Assembly (NCBI RefSeq): GCF_004010195.1 | Contig: NC_057751.1 | Span: 10,535,738 to 10,599,737 of the forward strand | Direction: 5' to 3' | Origin: Chiloscyllium plagiosum | Lineage: Eukaryota | DNA length: 64,000 nucleotides | In this document: one piece after another, positions 29,801 to 40,119 of the stretch | Layout: the number at the start of each line of letters is the position of its first letter | Numbering within the stretch: the first letter of the stretch is position 1 | Made by a program: the position numbers and the translations under genes | The notes under the pieces: generated by a model | The model's input: the letters and a program-made list of their open reading frames with translations, nothing else | Database searches by the model: none | What the model was told of the DNA's origin: nothing

Positions 29801-32043
29801 ACATTATATTCCATCTATCAATTCGCTGAACCTGTTTATATCTCTCTGTAGACTGTGTCATCCTAACCACTGCATTCCCAACTATTTTTGGGTCATCTGC
29901 AAACTTGGCTGGAGTACATTCACTTCTTTCATCCAAGTCATTAATGTGTTATTGCGAATAATTGTGGCCCCAGCCCTGAGGTGATGCATTTTGGTAGCAC
30001 TAACAAGACAAGGGAGTCCACATTGAGTGGTTGGATCCAAGGAATTACAGAGGATCAGAGGAACCTGGGTGTACATGTCCACAGATCCTTGAAGGCAGCA
30101 GGGCAATAAGTAAGATGGGTGAGAAGTCAGATGGGACTCTTTCTTGCCTCTATCATTCAAAGCATTGAATCTCAGAGCAAGGAGGGCATGATGAAACTGT
30201 AAATAGTATTAGTTACGCCACAACTGGAGGACTGTGTACAGTTCTGGTCACCACATTCTCGAGGGTTAAGAAAAGATTTACTAGAATGTTGCTGTGAATG
30301 GAGGGTTTGAGTTATAAAGAAAATAGGCTAGATAGATTTGGACATTTTCCACTTGAGCGGAATAGATTGAGGGGTGACCTGATAGAGGATTATAAAATTA
30401 TGAGGGGCATAGATAAAGTGGGTAGTAAGGGTCTTTCCCTAGAGTGGGGACATTCTAAACTGGGCGACATTTTTAAGGTGAGAGGAGAAAAGTCATGAAG
30501 GGCAACTTTTTTTTAGCGAGAGTGGTTCATGTATGGAATGAACTGCCAGAGAAAGTTGCAGATGTAGGTCCAATTTCAATATGTAAAAGACATTTGGAAA
30601 GGTTAAAAATCACACAACACCAGGTATGCCTATTCACATACTTTTCTAAATTTGGAGATGCCAGTGTTGAATTGGTGTGTACAAAGTTAAAAATCACACA
30701 ATACCAGGTTATAGTCCAACAGGTTTATTTGGAAGCACTAGCTTTCAGAGTGCTGCTCCTTCATCAGGTGATTGTGGAGTATAAGATTGTAAGACACAAT
30801 TTATAGCATAAGTTTACAGTGTGATGTAACTGAAATTATATATTGAATATATTCAGCATATAATTTCAGCTACACCACTGTCAGCTTTTGCTATAAATTC
30901 TGTGTCTTACAAACTTATAGTCCACAACCACCTGATGAAGGAGCAGCGCTCTGAAAGCTAGTGCTTCCAAATAAACCTGTTGCACTATAACCTGGTATTG
31001 TGTGATTTTTAACTTTGTACACCCCAATTCAACACTGGCATCTCCAAATTTAGAAAAGTATGTGAAAAGGCAAGGTTGGAGGGATATAGGCCAAATGCAG
31101 ACATTTTGGACTATTTAGCTTGGGAACATGGTTGGCATGGACTAGTTAGACCGAAGGGGCTGTTTCCATGCTGTTTGACGATATGTTTACTCCAGAAAAG
31201 GTGCAGAAGAGATCGCCAGGACGTTACCTGAGCTGGAGTGATTCAGCTATGAAAAAGACTGAAAAGGCTGGGGTTCTTTTTCTCAGAACAGAGAGGGCTG
31301 TTTGGGGATCTGACTGAGATGGACAGCATACGCAGGCTAGTTAGGGAGAAACATTTTCCCTGAGTAGAGGGGTCACTAATTCGGGGGCACAGTTTTCAGC
31401 TCAGGTTTAGAGGGGATTTGAGGAAATATGTTTTTCACCAGACCTTTGTGGGTAACTAGAACTCACTGCGTGAAAATGGTGATATCGGTAGGAGCCTTCA
31501 AGTCATGAAACAAATATTTAGATTGGCCCTTAAAACACCATAGCACACAGCGGTGCGGGGCAGGTGTTGGAAACTGGGATGAGAATGGTTGCATGTTTGA
31601 TGACCTGCTCTGGCAAGATGGGTCAGAGCGCCTCTTTCCGTGCTGTAAAACAACTTTGACTTTATGAAAGTCATATTAAAAGTTTATAAACTTTTGTATC
31701 GTCTCATCTAAACCACACACACAAACAAAAATGGCAATGCAGTGAAAAGCCTAAAACATTGGTTCCCTTTCTGGGACAAGAGTTAACCAGCTCTTCACAA
31801 TGACCCTCCGTCTGGAGAGACGTGAACAACAGACATACCTGTGCGGCACAGCTGAAACACGTTAGATTTCAACAGGATTAGGAGAGAACTAAAGTACAAG
31901 TCACATCGACCAGTCCATCTGAAACCTACCATTCCTTGGAGCTTGATATCTTGATCGTCTGTTAGTATGAACACAATATTCTGTCTCATACAGTGTCCAA
32001 AACGAAAGGACACCATCAGGAACAAAAACGCGATCGGCTTCAT
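5751..32043 (-). CDS. GNS: N-acetylglucosamine-6-sulfatase-like gene (GNS family), coding exons 1-4; downstream exons presumably left of the window
   Basis: Four phase-0 GT-AG exons (114, 60, 204, 66 nt) give signal peptide + [11 protein letters not shown] + [11 protein letters not shown] + [17 protein letters not shown] (formylglycine motif C-x-P-x-R) + [12 protein letters not shown] + HVPLGWDHW. Colinear with the GNS N-terminus; orthologue versus paralog unresolved. Confidence 0.88.
6280..6585 (+). mobile_element. Decayed SINE with L2-type tail
   Basis: ccttcagggaaggaaat...gtgactccaga..cacagcaatgtgg.tgactcttaactgcc...aataaatgctggcc; same family at 49550-49900 and 61140-61990. Confidence 0.7.
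6620..7413 (+). mobile_element. CR1 LINE 3' fragment
   Basis: [29 protein letters not shown], 3' tail with ggcctaattttgctcct. Confidence 0.85.
8740..10915 (+). mobile_element. Decayed CR1 ORF2 (EN + RT)
   Basis: [47 protein letters not shown]; stops and frameshifts. Confidence 0.9.
11270..12637 (+). mobile_element. 5'-truncated CR1 (RT + 3' tail)
   Basis: [46 protein letters not shown]; tail ctgtataactcta. Confidence 0.9.
12949..13152 (-). CDS. GNS: GNS-like coding exon 3 (active-site CCPSR at 13120-13134)
   Basis: [41 protein letters not shown]...[13 protein letters not shown]; acceptor ctttccttgcag, donor GTAATG. Confidence 0.95.
14040..14099 (-). CDS. GNS: GNS-like coding exon 2
   Basis: Acceptor gttttcag; [20 protein letters not shown]; donor GTAAGT. 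Confidence 0.93.
14750..15000 (+). mobile_element. Decayed HE1-type tRNA-derived V-SINE
   Basis: gtggcgtagtggttagcac (A box), gttcagttcc (B box), tgtggagtttgca.gttctccc core. Confidence 0.8.
15720..16190 (+). mobile_element. L2-like LINE 3' fragment
   Basis: YKAQVR-like segment, cttgcctggatgag, aaagcagcctgcttaattggcacc; tail ggcaacaaatgctg shared with the SINEs. Confidence 0.65.
17060..17480 (-). mobile_element. L2-like LINE 3' fragment
   Basis: Reverse-complement similarity to 15720-16190 (aggccagcattt..gcccat..., ggtggtg, caagcaagct). Confidence 0.6.
17555..17715 (+). mobile_element. HE1-type SINE, 5' half
   Basis: ggtggctcagtggctgacactgctgc...gagtttgcacattctccc; truncated by adjacent CR1. 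Confidence 0.8.
17716..18565 (-). mobile_element. CR1 LINE 3' fragment
   Basis: [42 protein letters not shown]. Confidence 0.9.
19258..19322 (-). mobile_element. Short Penelope-derived element fragment running into the gap
   Basis: tgttgctggaaaagcacagcaggtcaggcagcatccaaggaacaggagaatcgac; reverse complement of the element at 59470-59602. Confidence 0.75.
19323..19844. other. Assembly gap (N run)
   Basis: 522 N. Confidence 1.
21110..21993 (+). mobile_element. Penelope-like element with well-preserved GIY-YIG endonuclease C-terminus and 5' inverted arm
   Basis: [51 protein letters not shown]; 21110-21378 is the reverse complement of ~21685-21955; TSD att(g/c)ttgatgtaa at 21097-21109 and 21994-22006. 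Confidence 0.93.
21139..21178 (-). ncRNA. Minimal hammerhead ribozyme motif in Penelope terminal repeat
   Basis: Minus strand gca-CTGAGGA-t-gtcacc-tagata-ggggac-GAAA-tg-TC-tgc: stem I GCA/UGC, stem II, GUC cleavage triplet. Confidence 0.65.
24152..24467 (-). mobile_element. Near full-length HE1-type V-SINE
   Basis: tRNA-like head ggtggctcagtggttagcactgctgcctcac, core tgtggagtttgcacgttctcccc, CR1-like tail, (CTAAT)n end. Confidence 0.92.
25700..26375 (+). mobile_element. CR1 3' fragment split by a SINE
   Basis: [17 protein letters not shown]; tail gatcagccatgatcatattgaatggcagagcaggc. Confidence 0.8.
25871..26186 (-). mobile_element. Full-length young HE1-type V-SINE with (TAATG)n tail
   Basis: gggcggcacggtggcacagtggttagcactgctgcctcacagcgcc head with CpGs retained; (catta)4 on plus strand. 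Confidence 0.93.
26390..26520 (-). mobile_element. Decayed Deu-domain-like SINE
   Basis: Minus strand ..gtgctgaataaatgcttcattgccagatgtactgtgttttggatgaaacatcagaac resembles the remembered DeuSINE core; related copy at 63570-63715. Confidence 0.45.
27652..28863 (+). mobile_element. Young CR1 LINE (RT to 3' tail) spanning the gap
   Basis: [30 protein letters not shown]; 3' end nearly identical to 50978-51272. Confidence 0.9.
27787..28535. other. Assembly gap (N run)
   Basis: 749 N. Confidence 1.
29232..29565 (+). mobile_element. Full-length HE1-type V-SINE inserted in an old minus-strand CR1
   Basis: A box ggtggctcagtggttagc, B box gattcgattcc, tail gggccgaagggcctgtttccacactgtag. Confidence 0.92.
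30736..30770 (-). ncRNA. Minimal hammerhead ribozyme motif
   Basis: cac-CTGATGA-a-ggagc-agc-actct-GAAA-gc-TA-gtg. Confidence 0.6.
30929..30963 (+). ncRNA. Minimal hammerhead ribozyme motif
   Basis: cac-CTGATGA-a-ggagc-agc-gctct-GAAA-gc-TA-gtg; palindromic AGCT in place of stem III. Confidence 0.65.
31930..32043 (-). CDS. GNS: GNS-like coding exon 1 (signal peptide, metal-binding DD)
   Basis: acaccATG; [38 protein letters not shown]; donor ATG|GTAGGT. Confidence 0.92.
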
Positions 32044-32420
32044 GGTGTTGTCCCAGTCGGAAGAGAAGTGGCTCAGGCTGTGAGGTGTCTTCAGGGAGAG
32101 TTCAGCGGATGGATCACTGGAACACTCCCACCCCCCTCCCCAAAACCCGTCTTACACCAGAGTCTGCAGCAGCTCTCGTTTCCTGATCCGAGTTTTCTGC
32201 GTGGCTCAACCCCCAACACAGTTGGACGAAAACGACAAACCCCACAACCAATCATCCGTCCCAGAAAGACGTCAGTCTGTCCATGTCTTTCTGAAATGTC
32301 CAATTGTGTGCTCGGTTTGGAGAACAGGGCGTGACTGGAAAGAACAAACTTCGCTCGTTGTCGCCGTGAAAGTTGTGTTTTTCACCCGAAGTATTCTGAA
32401 ACTCTCATGTCGAGACCGGT
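32044..32420 (-). promoter_or_regulatory. CpG-enriched 5' UTR/promoter of GNS-like gene
   Basis: Non-repetitive stretch with raised CpG density immediately upstream of the ATG at 32043. Confidence 0.45.
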
Positions 32421-32743
32421 TGCCATTTTAAATGCACTTCTTAAAAACTGAAATAAGACCAAACAGAGATAATTTAACTCCCATAAAGAGTTAGGCTGGT
32501 GATGAACGTATTGCTCTTGGTGGACATGAAAGATCTGACAACCATGAGATATCAATCTAACCCAAAAGTGACACCTTTTTAGCCACAAGCGTTGGTTTCA
32601 TCCGAACATTTCTTTCACACAATGGAGGTAAATATATTTAATCTTTCCGTTGACTTGACATCCCACCATTACATTTGTTCAGACCTCTCTCTATCTCTTC
32701 CCAATATGTGCAATAACCTTCAGTCGTAAAACTTCCAATCTCA

Positions 32744-32877
32744 AGATGTGGAGGAGGTGGTGTTGGACTGGGGTGGATAAAGTTAAAAAATCATCCAACC
32801 ACCAGATGAAGGAGCAGCGCTCTGAAAGCTAGTGCTTCCAAATAAACCTGTTGGACTGTAACCTGGTGTTGTGTGAT
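32744..32877 (+). mobile_element. Short Penelope-derived element (same family as 30602-31048), hammerhead core mutated
   Basis: CAGATGA instead of CTGATGA; TSD ttccaatctca at 32733-32743 and 32878-32888. Confidence 0.85.
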
Positions 32878-33274
32878 TTCCAATCTCAGTGCATGACTAG
32901 ATTACAACTGAAAATACTGCAGCTTTCCTCTTCATCAGTCCAAAACCTTGTGCCCTCCAGGCCTGAACCAGACTGCGACTGAGTGAATGATGACATCTCT
33001 CAACGTTTTTTTTTCATTTGTCTTTCCCCAAATTAATGATCTCACCCAGGTTCTTGTCTTGTTATAGCCATGCCAGTTTTGTCGCAGTGTTCCTCTGGCT
33101 GTCACCTCTCCATTCATTAAGGATGCAATATCGACCAGATTTTAGAAGAATACAAGGAGGAAGTCGCAAAGGCTCTCAGCATCATCTCGTATTGTCTGGC
33201 TAGAGGCACGGTCCCAGGGAATTATATTGTTTCGGAAAGAAAGCAAGTATCTGTTCTTTGAGAAAAATAATACT

Positions 33275-33805
33275 CATACAGTACAGAAGCAGACTCTTTG
33301 GTCCAACCAATCCATGCTGACCATAATCCCAAACTCAACTAACCTACCTGTCTGCACTTGGTCCATATCCCACCAAACATTTCTCATTCATGTACTTACC
33401 TAAAAGACTTTTAAATGCTGTAACTGTACCCAGATTCACTACATCTTCTGGAATTTCATTCCACACAGGAACTATTTCAGCTTAAAGTAATTGGCCCCTC
33501 ATGTCTTTTTTTTAACCTTTCTCCTCTCACCTTAAAGATATGCCTCGTAGTCCTGTTCCCTCACCCTCGGGAAAAGATATCTGCCATTCACCTTATTTGT
33601 GTGCCTCATGATTTTTCATCCTGTATAAGGTCACAACCCAAACTCCTCTGCTCCAGTTTAAAAAAGCCTCAGCCAGTCCAGCCTTTCCTTATAGCTCAAA
33701 CCCCCCATTCTCAGCAACATCCTGGTACATCTTTTCTGAACTTATTTTCAGTTTAATAATATCCTTCCTATAACAGGATGACTAGAACTGGATACAAAAT
33801 TCGAG
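33275..33805 (-). mobile_element. CR1 3' fragment
   Basis: Reverse complement of CR1 tail (cctttctcctctcaccttaaa, ccagcctttccttatagctcaaac). Confidence 0.85.
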
Positions 33806-36239
33806 AAAAGATACATAATGAATCATCATTTAATGTGTGGCTTGAGGCAATTAGAGCAGTATCACTTCTGAATTTTAATTTGAAAAATTCTCAAATTTTG
33901 TTCTCCAAATGTCCGACTGAATATGGGTCAAAGGAGTTAGGTTACAGATCTTATTGAGCAACTGAGTGACTCACTTCTTTGTCTCTGTATACTTAGAAGT
34001 CAATAATTTGGAACCACTGATCTCCAAAGGATTAGAGAGAATTTAAGGAAATTGGTCCTTATCCAGAGGATGTTGGAAGGATGGGTTTAATGACTGAAAG
34101 GTCATCAAAAGCAGAAACTCTTATCATTGTTTAACCAGTGCATGGTTATGCTGGAAGTGTTGGAAAATAAAAAAAGATACAGAGCAAAACCTGGCACGTG
34201 GGATGAGGTTAGAGCTAATTTTAAGTCAAATAGACATGATGGGATGAATGGTTTCTTTACAAGATGTAAATGTCTAAAATTGTACCGTCAGCCAATATGC
34301 CTGTAGTGTCTGAAAGTCTGTGATAAGTTTCATTCTCTTCACCACTTCCCTTCTTGCTTTCATGAGTTTCCTTAAATCTGTGCCTTCGAGTCAGCCTACC
34401 CTCATCGTATTTGAACTCTGTCACTGTTTTGTCTATGGAAAAGAAATTATTTTGAGACATCTAAATACATTTTTATGTTTTATTGTGGCTTAGTTTGTAA
34501 TTCCACTGACCTGTGCATTGCTCAGTCATGTAGATCAGAATGTCTCAAAGTGAATATCCAGACTTTACTGTATTAGCTGATCTTAGGCAGTTAGAGGATT
34601 TTAATTATTGGAATATAGGAAGAGGAGTAGGCCATTCAGCCCCTTGAACCTGTTCATCATTCAATGAGATCATGGCTGATCTGTAGCATATCTGCTTCAG
34701 GCCTATATTCCTTTGCTTAACAAAGTGTATCTATCTCAGATTTAAATTTAACAAGTAATTGATAGTAATTATGGACTGGAGGAAATTGAGCTCAGCACAG
34801 ATTTCCTACTCAATAACCCTTGTTTGAAACAGTGTAGATCCTGAGGAACATAGGATATGAGAGCTTTTTAGTTGGCCTCAACTAACAACTTGATCACTCA
34901 CAACTTGGGGTGTAAATGGAGACCATGAATTTATGTCACCCATGGAACTGTATTCCAAAAGCATCAATGTTATTACAAAAATTGAGGGAAGAAAAATACA
35001 AAACAACGTTGTACTTGGTTCAGAATTGTAAACCCAATCTCCCTCAACTCAGACTCCAAGCATGGAATCTTCCTAAGTCCCAAATGACATGGGCTGCAGT
35101 GATATTTGAGAGAATTATGTGAGGTGTCAAGACAGCCTTTCTTAATATCGAGACTGACAAGTCTTATTTTCCATTCAAGTCGCAAACATTAACATGGGTT
35201 TCAGGTCAGTGAGCTTTGAGAGGATTATTACAGTATATTATTGCTCATTGTCACCTTCATTACCACTTAATCTGACCTCAATAATGGGCAGGCTCCAATT
35301 CTCCCACTCACTAGAATAGAAACTAGTCATGTTGTCTTTCACTGTGTCTCGCACCTGCACACATAAAACATGGGGGCTGTGGAAAATATAAGCACTACTG
35401 CAGTTAGTTTTAAAAATAAAAATATATAAGCAGGAGATTTAGAGTCTCCACAGTTTAGAGCACTGACTCTGTGTTGGCTGGTGTTATAGTTAACCTGGGA
35501 CAAAAAAAAACAAAATAAAAAGAAAAAAATAGAAACTAGTCATGATAACTCCTGACATGAAACTCTGAGCAGGTACCTGGCGATTTTCTGCTTGCTCCTC
35601 CAGTCGTTCATTCGAGACAACTGGCACCAACATTTCAGGGCATGCTTCATGGGCAGCAGCCATGCACACCCCACATCCATGGATATTGACAACTAACAAG
35701 CAAAAGACTCTCTGCATCACCATGGACATCTGTGATCCACTTAGAACAGTGTTCCACACTTGGAAGTGCACTGGTTTGTTTCTTTGTAACATCACTGCAA
35801 GAACACTGCTGTTGGGCAGCCAACCAATTCATGGACTGGTGCATGGATCTCATGCTCACAGCATTGTACGGTATTGCATTTCCTAGCTTTGCTCCCCCAG
35901 GTCCATTTTAATTTTGCCTTGCAGTTTAGCACAGATAAAAATCCAGGCAGTTTGTCATGATTGTCACTTACCAGTCAAGGGGATGACACATCATTTTACA
36001 ACACAGTGCTACATGATTCTTAAATCTGCAATGTGTGCTAGCCATACACATGGCAAACATAGTGCAAATGCTGCAAGCATACCCCCTTGTCTCCAAATTG
36101 AAAGGGAATCATCATACATCAAGTTGAGAGAGACAGCCTTCAGTGAAGGGGTCCTAAGCCAATGATTCATGGGCACCATCTGCATCAGCCAGTTACTTGG
36201 TGCAAGCAGGGTCACAACTAACTCCTTATTGGGGGAAAC

Positions 36240-37690
36240 AGTGAAGACAGATGAAAGCAAAGCTTTGGATGTTGTCTATATGGACTTCAGCAAGGTGTCT
36301 GACAAGGTTCCACATGGTAGACTGGATAGCAAAGTTAGATCATATGAAATATAGGGAGAGCAGGACATTTGGATGCAAAATTGGCACAAAAGCCGGAGGC
36401 AGAGGGTTGTGATGGGGGGTTGTTTTTTTGACTGGAGGCTGTGATCAGCAATGTGCATCAAGGATCAGTGCTGGGTCCACTGCTTTTTGTCATTTACGTA
36501 AATGATTTGGATGTGAATACAGGAGTTATGGTTACGAAGTTTGCAGATGACACCAAGATTTGTTGGTATAGTGGACAACGATGAAGGTTACCTCAGAGTA
36601 CAATGGGACCTTGATCAGATGGGTCAATGGGCCAACGAGTAGCAGATGGAGTTTAATTTAGGGACCGAAGGGGCAACTTTTTCATGCAGAGGGTGGTGCA
36701 TGTATGAAATGAGCTGCCAGAGGAAGTGGTGGAGGCTAGTACAATTACAGCATTTAAAAGGCATCCAGATGGATACATGAATAGGAAGGGTTTTGAGGGA
36801 TCTGGGCCAACTGCTGGCAAGGGGGACTAGATTGGGTTGGGATATCTGGTTGGCATGGACGAGTGGACTGAAGGGTCTGTTCCCGTGCTGGACATCTCTA
36901 TGACTCTATGACACTATATTGTGGCTGTACAGGACATTGGTTCGGTCACTTTTGGAATATTGCATGCAATTCTAGTCTTCTTCCTATTGGAAGATGTTGT
37001 GAACTTGAAAGGGTTCAGAAAAGATTTGTAAGGATGTTGCCAGGGTTGGAGGGTTTGAGTTAAAGGGGGGGTTGAATAGGTTGGGGCTGTTTTCCCTGGA
37101 GCGTCAGAGGTTGAGGGGTGACCTTATAGATGTTTATAAAATCATGAGGGGCATGGATGGGGTAAATGGACAAAGTCTCTTCCCTGGGGTGGGGGTGTCC
37201 AGAACTAGAGGGCACAGGTTTAGGATGACAGGGGAAAAATATAAAAGAGACCTAAGGGGCAACTTTTTCACACAGAGGGTGGTGTGTAAGTGGAATGAGC
37301 TGCCAGAGGAAGTGGTGGAGGTTAGTACAATTGCAACATTTAAGAGGCATTTGGATGGGTATATGAATAGGAAGGGTTTGGAGGGATATGGGCTGGGTGC
37401 TGGCAGGTGGGACTAGATTGGGTTGGGATATCTGGTTGGCTTAAACGGGTTGGACCGAAGGTCAGGCAGCATTCAAGGAGCAGGAAAACTGACGTTTCGG
37501 GCAGGAGCATCAGGATTCCCGATGAAGAGCTCCTGCCAGAAACATCAGCTTTCCTGCTCCTCAGATGCTGCCTCACCTGCTGTGATTTTCCAGCACCACT
37601 CTAATCTTGATTCTAATCTCCATCATCTGTAGTCCTCACTTACGCGAGTTGTACCAAAGGGTCTGTTTCTGTGCTGTACATTTCTGACTC
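36240..37690 (+). mobile_element. CR1 RT/3' region with an extra nested 3' end (36661-36912)
   Basis: [54 protein letters not shown]. Confidence 0.9.
37462..37645 (+). mobile_element. Short palindromic Penelope-derived element (second family), decayed hammerhead
   Basis: ggcagcat..aggagcaggaaaactgacgtttc / gaaacatcagctttcctgctcct..atgctgcc; CCGATGA..GAAA core; TSD-like gggttggaccgaagg (37447-37461) / gagttgtaccaaagg (37646-37660). Confidence 0.8.
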
Positions 37691-38149
37691 GAAGTGTTAG
37701 TTACCATTTGGCAGCCCAAGACTGGATATTATTCAGATGGTGTTGCATTTGAATGAGCTGCTTCAGTATGTGAAGAGTCATGAATGGTGCTGAACATTGT
37801 GCACCCATCAGCAAACATCCCCACCTCTGACCTGATGATGGAGCAGCTGAAGATTTTTTTTGTTCAATTTAATGGAGGGTTTCTCTCCATGATACCCAGC
37901 AAGGTTTATTTTATTGAGCAATCATCATGAGGATATCAGGATATTAAATATCTATTAAGACTCTGTAGTGTCCATCTCCTCCAAAGTTAGCCCAAATCCA
38001 GAAGTACTTATCACTGGTGGATTTCTCCACCCACTGCCCTCCAAGGCTCTTCTTGTCCCACTCTGACAGGTGCATGCAACATCTACTTTCTCTTGTTCTC
38101 ACCCATCCCAACCCCCAGCATCACTAATCTTGTGTGCCTTCTGAACCTC

Positions 38150-39340
38150 CTATACCTACCAGCCTTTCCTTTCACTGTAACAGGAATATACTGTCTCTGG
38201 ACTCTCGTTATTTCCTTTCTGAAGGCTTCCCATTTTCCAGCCATCCTTTTTACCTGAAAACATATGCCCCCAATCAGCTTATGAAAGTTCTAGCCTAATA
38301 CTGTCAAAATTAGCCTTTCTCCTATTTAGATCTTCAACTTTTAGATCTGATCTATCCTTTTCCACCACTATTTTAAATCCAATAGAATTATGGTCGCTGG
38401 CCCCAAAGTGCTCCCCCACTGAAAGCTCAGTCATCTGCCCTGCCTTATTTCCCAAGAGTAGGTCAAGTTCTGCACCTTCTCCAGTACGTATATCCACATA
38501 CTGAATCAGAAAATTTTCTTATACACACTGAACAAATTCCTCTCCATCTAAACCCTAAATACTATGGCAGTCCCAGTCTATGTTTGGAAAGTTAAAATCC
38601 CCTACCATAACCACCCTATTATTCTTACAGATAGCTGAGATCTCCTTACAAATTTGTTTCTCAATTTCCTGCTGACTAATAGGGGGTCTATAATTCAATT
38701 CCAATAAGGTGATCATCCCTTTCATATTTCTGATCAACCCAAGTAACTTCCCTGGATATATTCCCAGGAATATCCTCCCTCAGTACAGCTGTAATGCTAT
38801 TCCTTATCAAAAACACCACTCCCCCTCTTCTCTTGCCTCCCTTTCTGTCCTTCCTATAGCATTTGTATCCTGGAACATTAAGCTGCCAGTCCTGCCCATC
38901 CCTGAGCCATGTTTCTCTAATTGCTATGATATCTCAGTCCCATGTTCTGACCCATGCCCTGAGTTCACCTACCTTCCCTGTTTGCATTGAAATAAATGGA
39001 GTTTAATTTATTAGTCCTACCTTGTTCTCTGCTTTGTCCTTGCCTACCCTGATTGTTTGATTCACTTCTTTTCTCAACGGAACTACTCTTAGATTGATCT
39101 CTATCCTCACTATCTTCCTGGGTTCCACCACCACCACACCTTACTGTTTAAATCCTCCTTGAGCAAATCTCCCTGCCAGTATATTAGTTCCCTTCCAATT
39201 TAGGTGCAATCCGTCTCTTGTACAGGTCACTTTTACCCCAAAAGAGATTCCAATGATCCAAAATTGTGAATCCTTCTCCCATATACCAGCTCCTCAGCCA
39301 TGCATTAATCTATCCCATCCTCCTATTCCTCCCCTCACAG
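38150..39340 (-). mobile_element. CR1 ORF1 end + ORF2 endonuclease
   Basis: Highly similar to 1-760 and 19845-20268; [18 protein letters not shown] motifs. Confidence 0.9.
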
Positions 39341-39825
39341 TTATGGTAACATCATTGAACATCAAAGGGTGTTGATAAGAGTGTCTCTTGTTGGAGATGG
39401 TCATTGCCTGGCAATTGTATGCCACAAGAGGATTCTGGGTAAGTCAAGTTGAAGGACGGCTGTCACAGGCTGCTCCTTTTTTGAGGTATTTTAGGTGTTG
39501 GAGGTGTTTTCCTTGAATTCCAGGAACAGTAATTTCTGTTTTATATGCTGTTGCATTGTTTAGGAACTTTGGAGAAATACAAGTTAAAACAACAGCACTT
39601 ATAAAAGGGAGAGGAACAGACGAAGGCAGCACATGATCAGGCAGTGCAAAAGAGAGAGAAAGTGAAAAAGAAACCCACAGTGTTCCCCAACACCACAGTG
39701 AACCTGCTGATGGTAACATATTTTTGATGGCGATGGGGTGTCAATAAAACAGGGCTGTTTTGGAGTTGATTGTACTTTATTGGAATGCCAGCGCATGTTT
39801 CACTTCGTTTCTCCATCCGTAGTCA

Positions 39826-40026
39826 AGATTTAGAGATGCCGGTGTTGGACAAGGGTGTACAAAGTTAAAACTCACACAACACCAGGTTATAGTCCTACAG
39901 GTTTAATTGGAAGCACTAGCTTTTGGAGCGACGCAATCACCTGATGAAGGAGCAGTGCTCCGAAAGCTAGTGTGCTTCCAATTAAACCTGTAGGACTATA
40001 ACCTGGTGTTGTGTGAGTTTTAACTC
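39826..40026 (+). mobile_element. Palindromic Penelope-derived element just upstream of the POLM promoter
   Basis: Near-perfect arms gttaaaactcacacaacaccaggttatagtcctacaggtttaattggaagcac / reverse complement; TSD-like tccatccg(t)agt. Confidence 0.88.
39938..39972 (+). ncRNA. Minimal hammerhead ribozyme motif (best-preserved copy)
   Basis: cac-CTGATGA-a-GGAGC-agt-GCTCC-GAAA-gc-TA-gtg: perfect stem II, CAC/GUG stem I, AGCU palindrome. Confidence 0.7.
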
Positions 40027-40119
40027 TTTCCATCCGAGTATTCACATAGAGTTCAAAATGGTTCACTTGCAGAGACAGTGAGTACACCTCAGGCAATGTG
40101 CAGTGTGTTAGAGTTGCAT

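Larger units (their letters stand above)
30602..31048. mobile_element. Palindromic non-autonomous Penelope-derived element (~200-bp arms)
   Basis: tttggagatgccagtgttgaattgg...tgaaattatat / atataatttca...ccaattcaacactggcatctccaaa; a hammerhead motif in each arm. Confidence 0.88.
29975..31665 (+). mobile_element. Two tandem CR1 3' fragments (first one hosts a palindromic PLE)
   Basis: [32 protein letters not shown]; second tail ending ~31665. Confidence 0.8.

Noticed and set aside
30602-31048. DNA-transposon MITE or miRNA hairpin
   Set aside because: Arm lengths vary and are asymmetric between copies, TSDs are 11-12 bp, and a hammerhead core is present. This fits Penelope-type retroposition better.
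35550-36235. Coding-looking GC-balanced stretch with several short ORFs
   Set aside because: No identifiable domain; probably an old transposon remnant. BLASTX would be needed.
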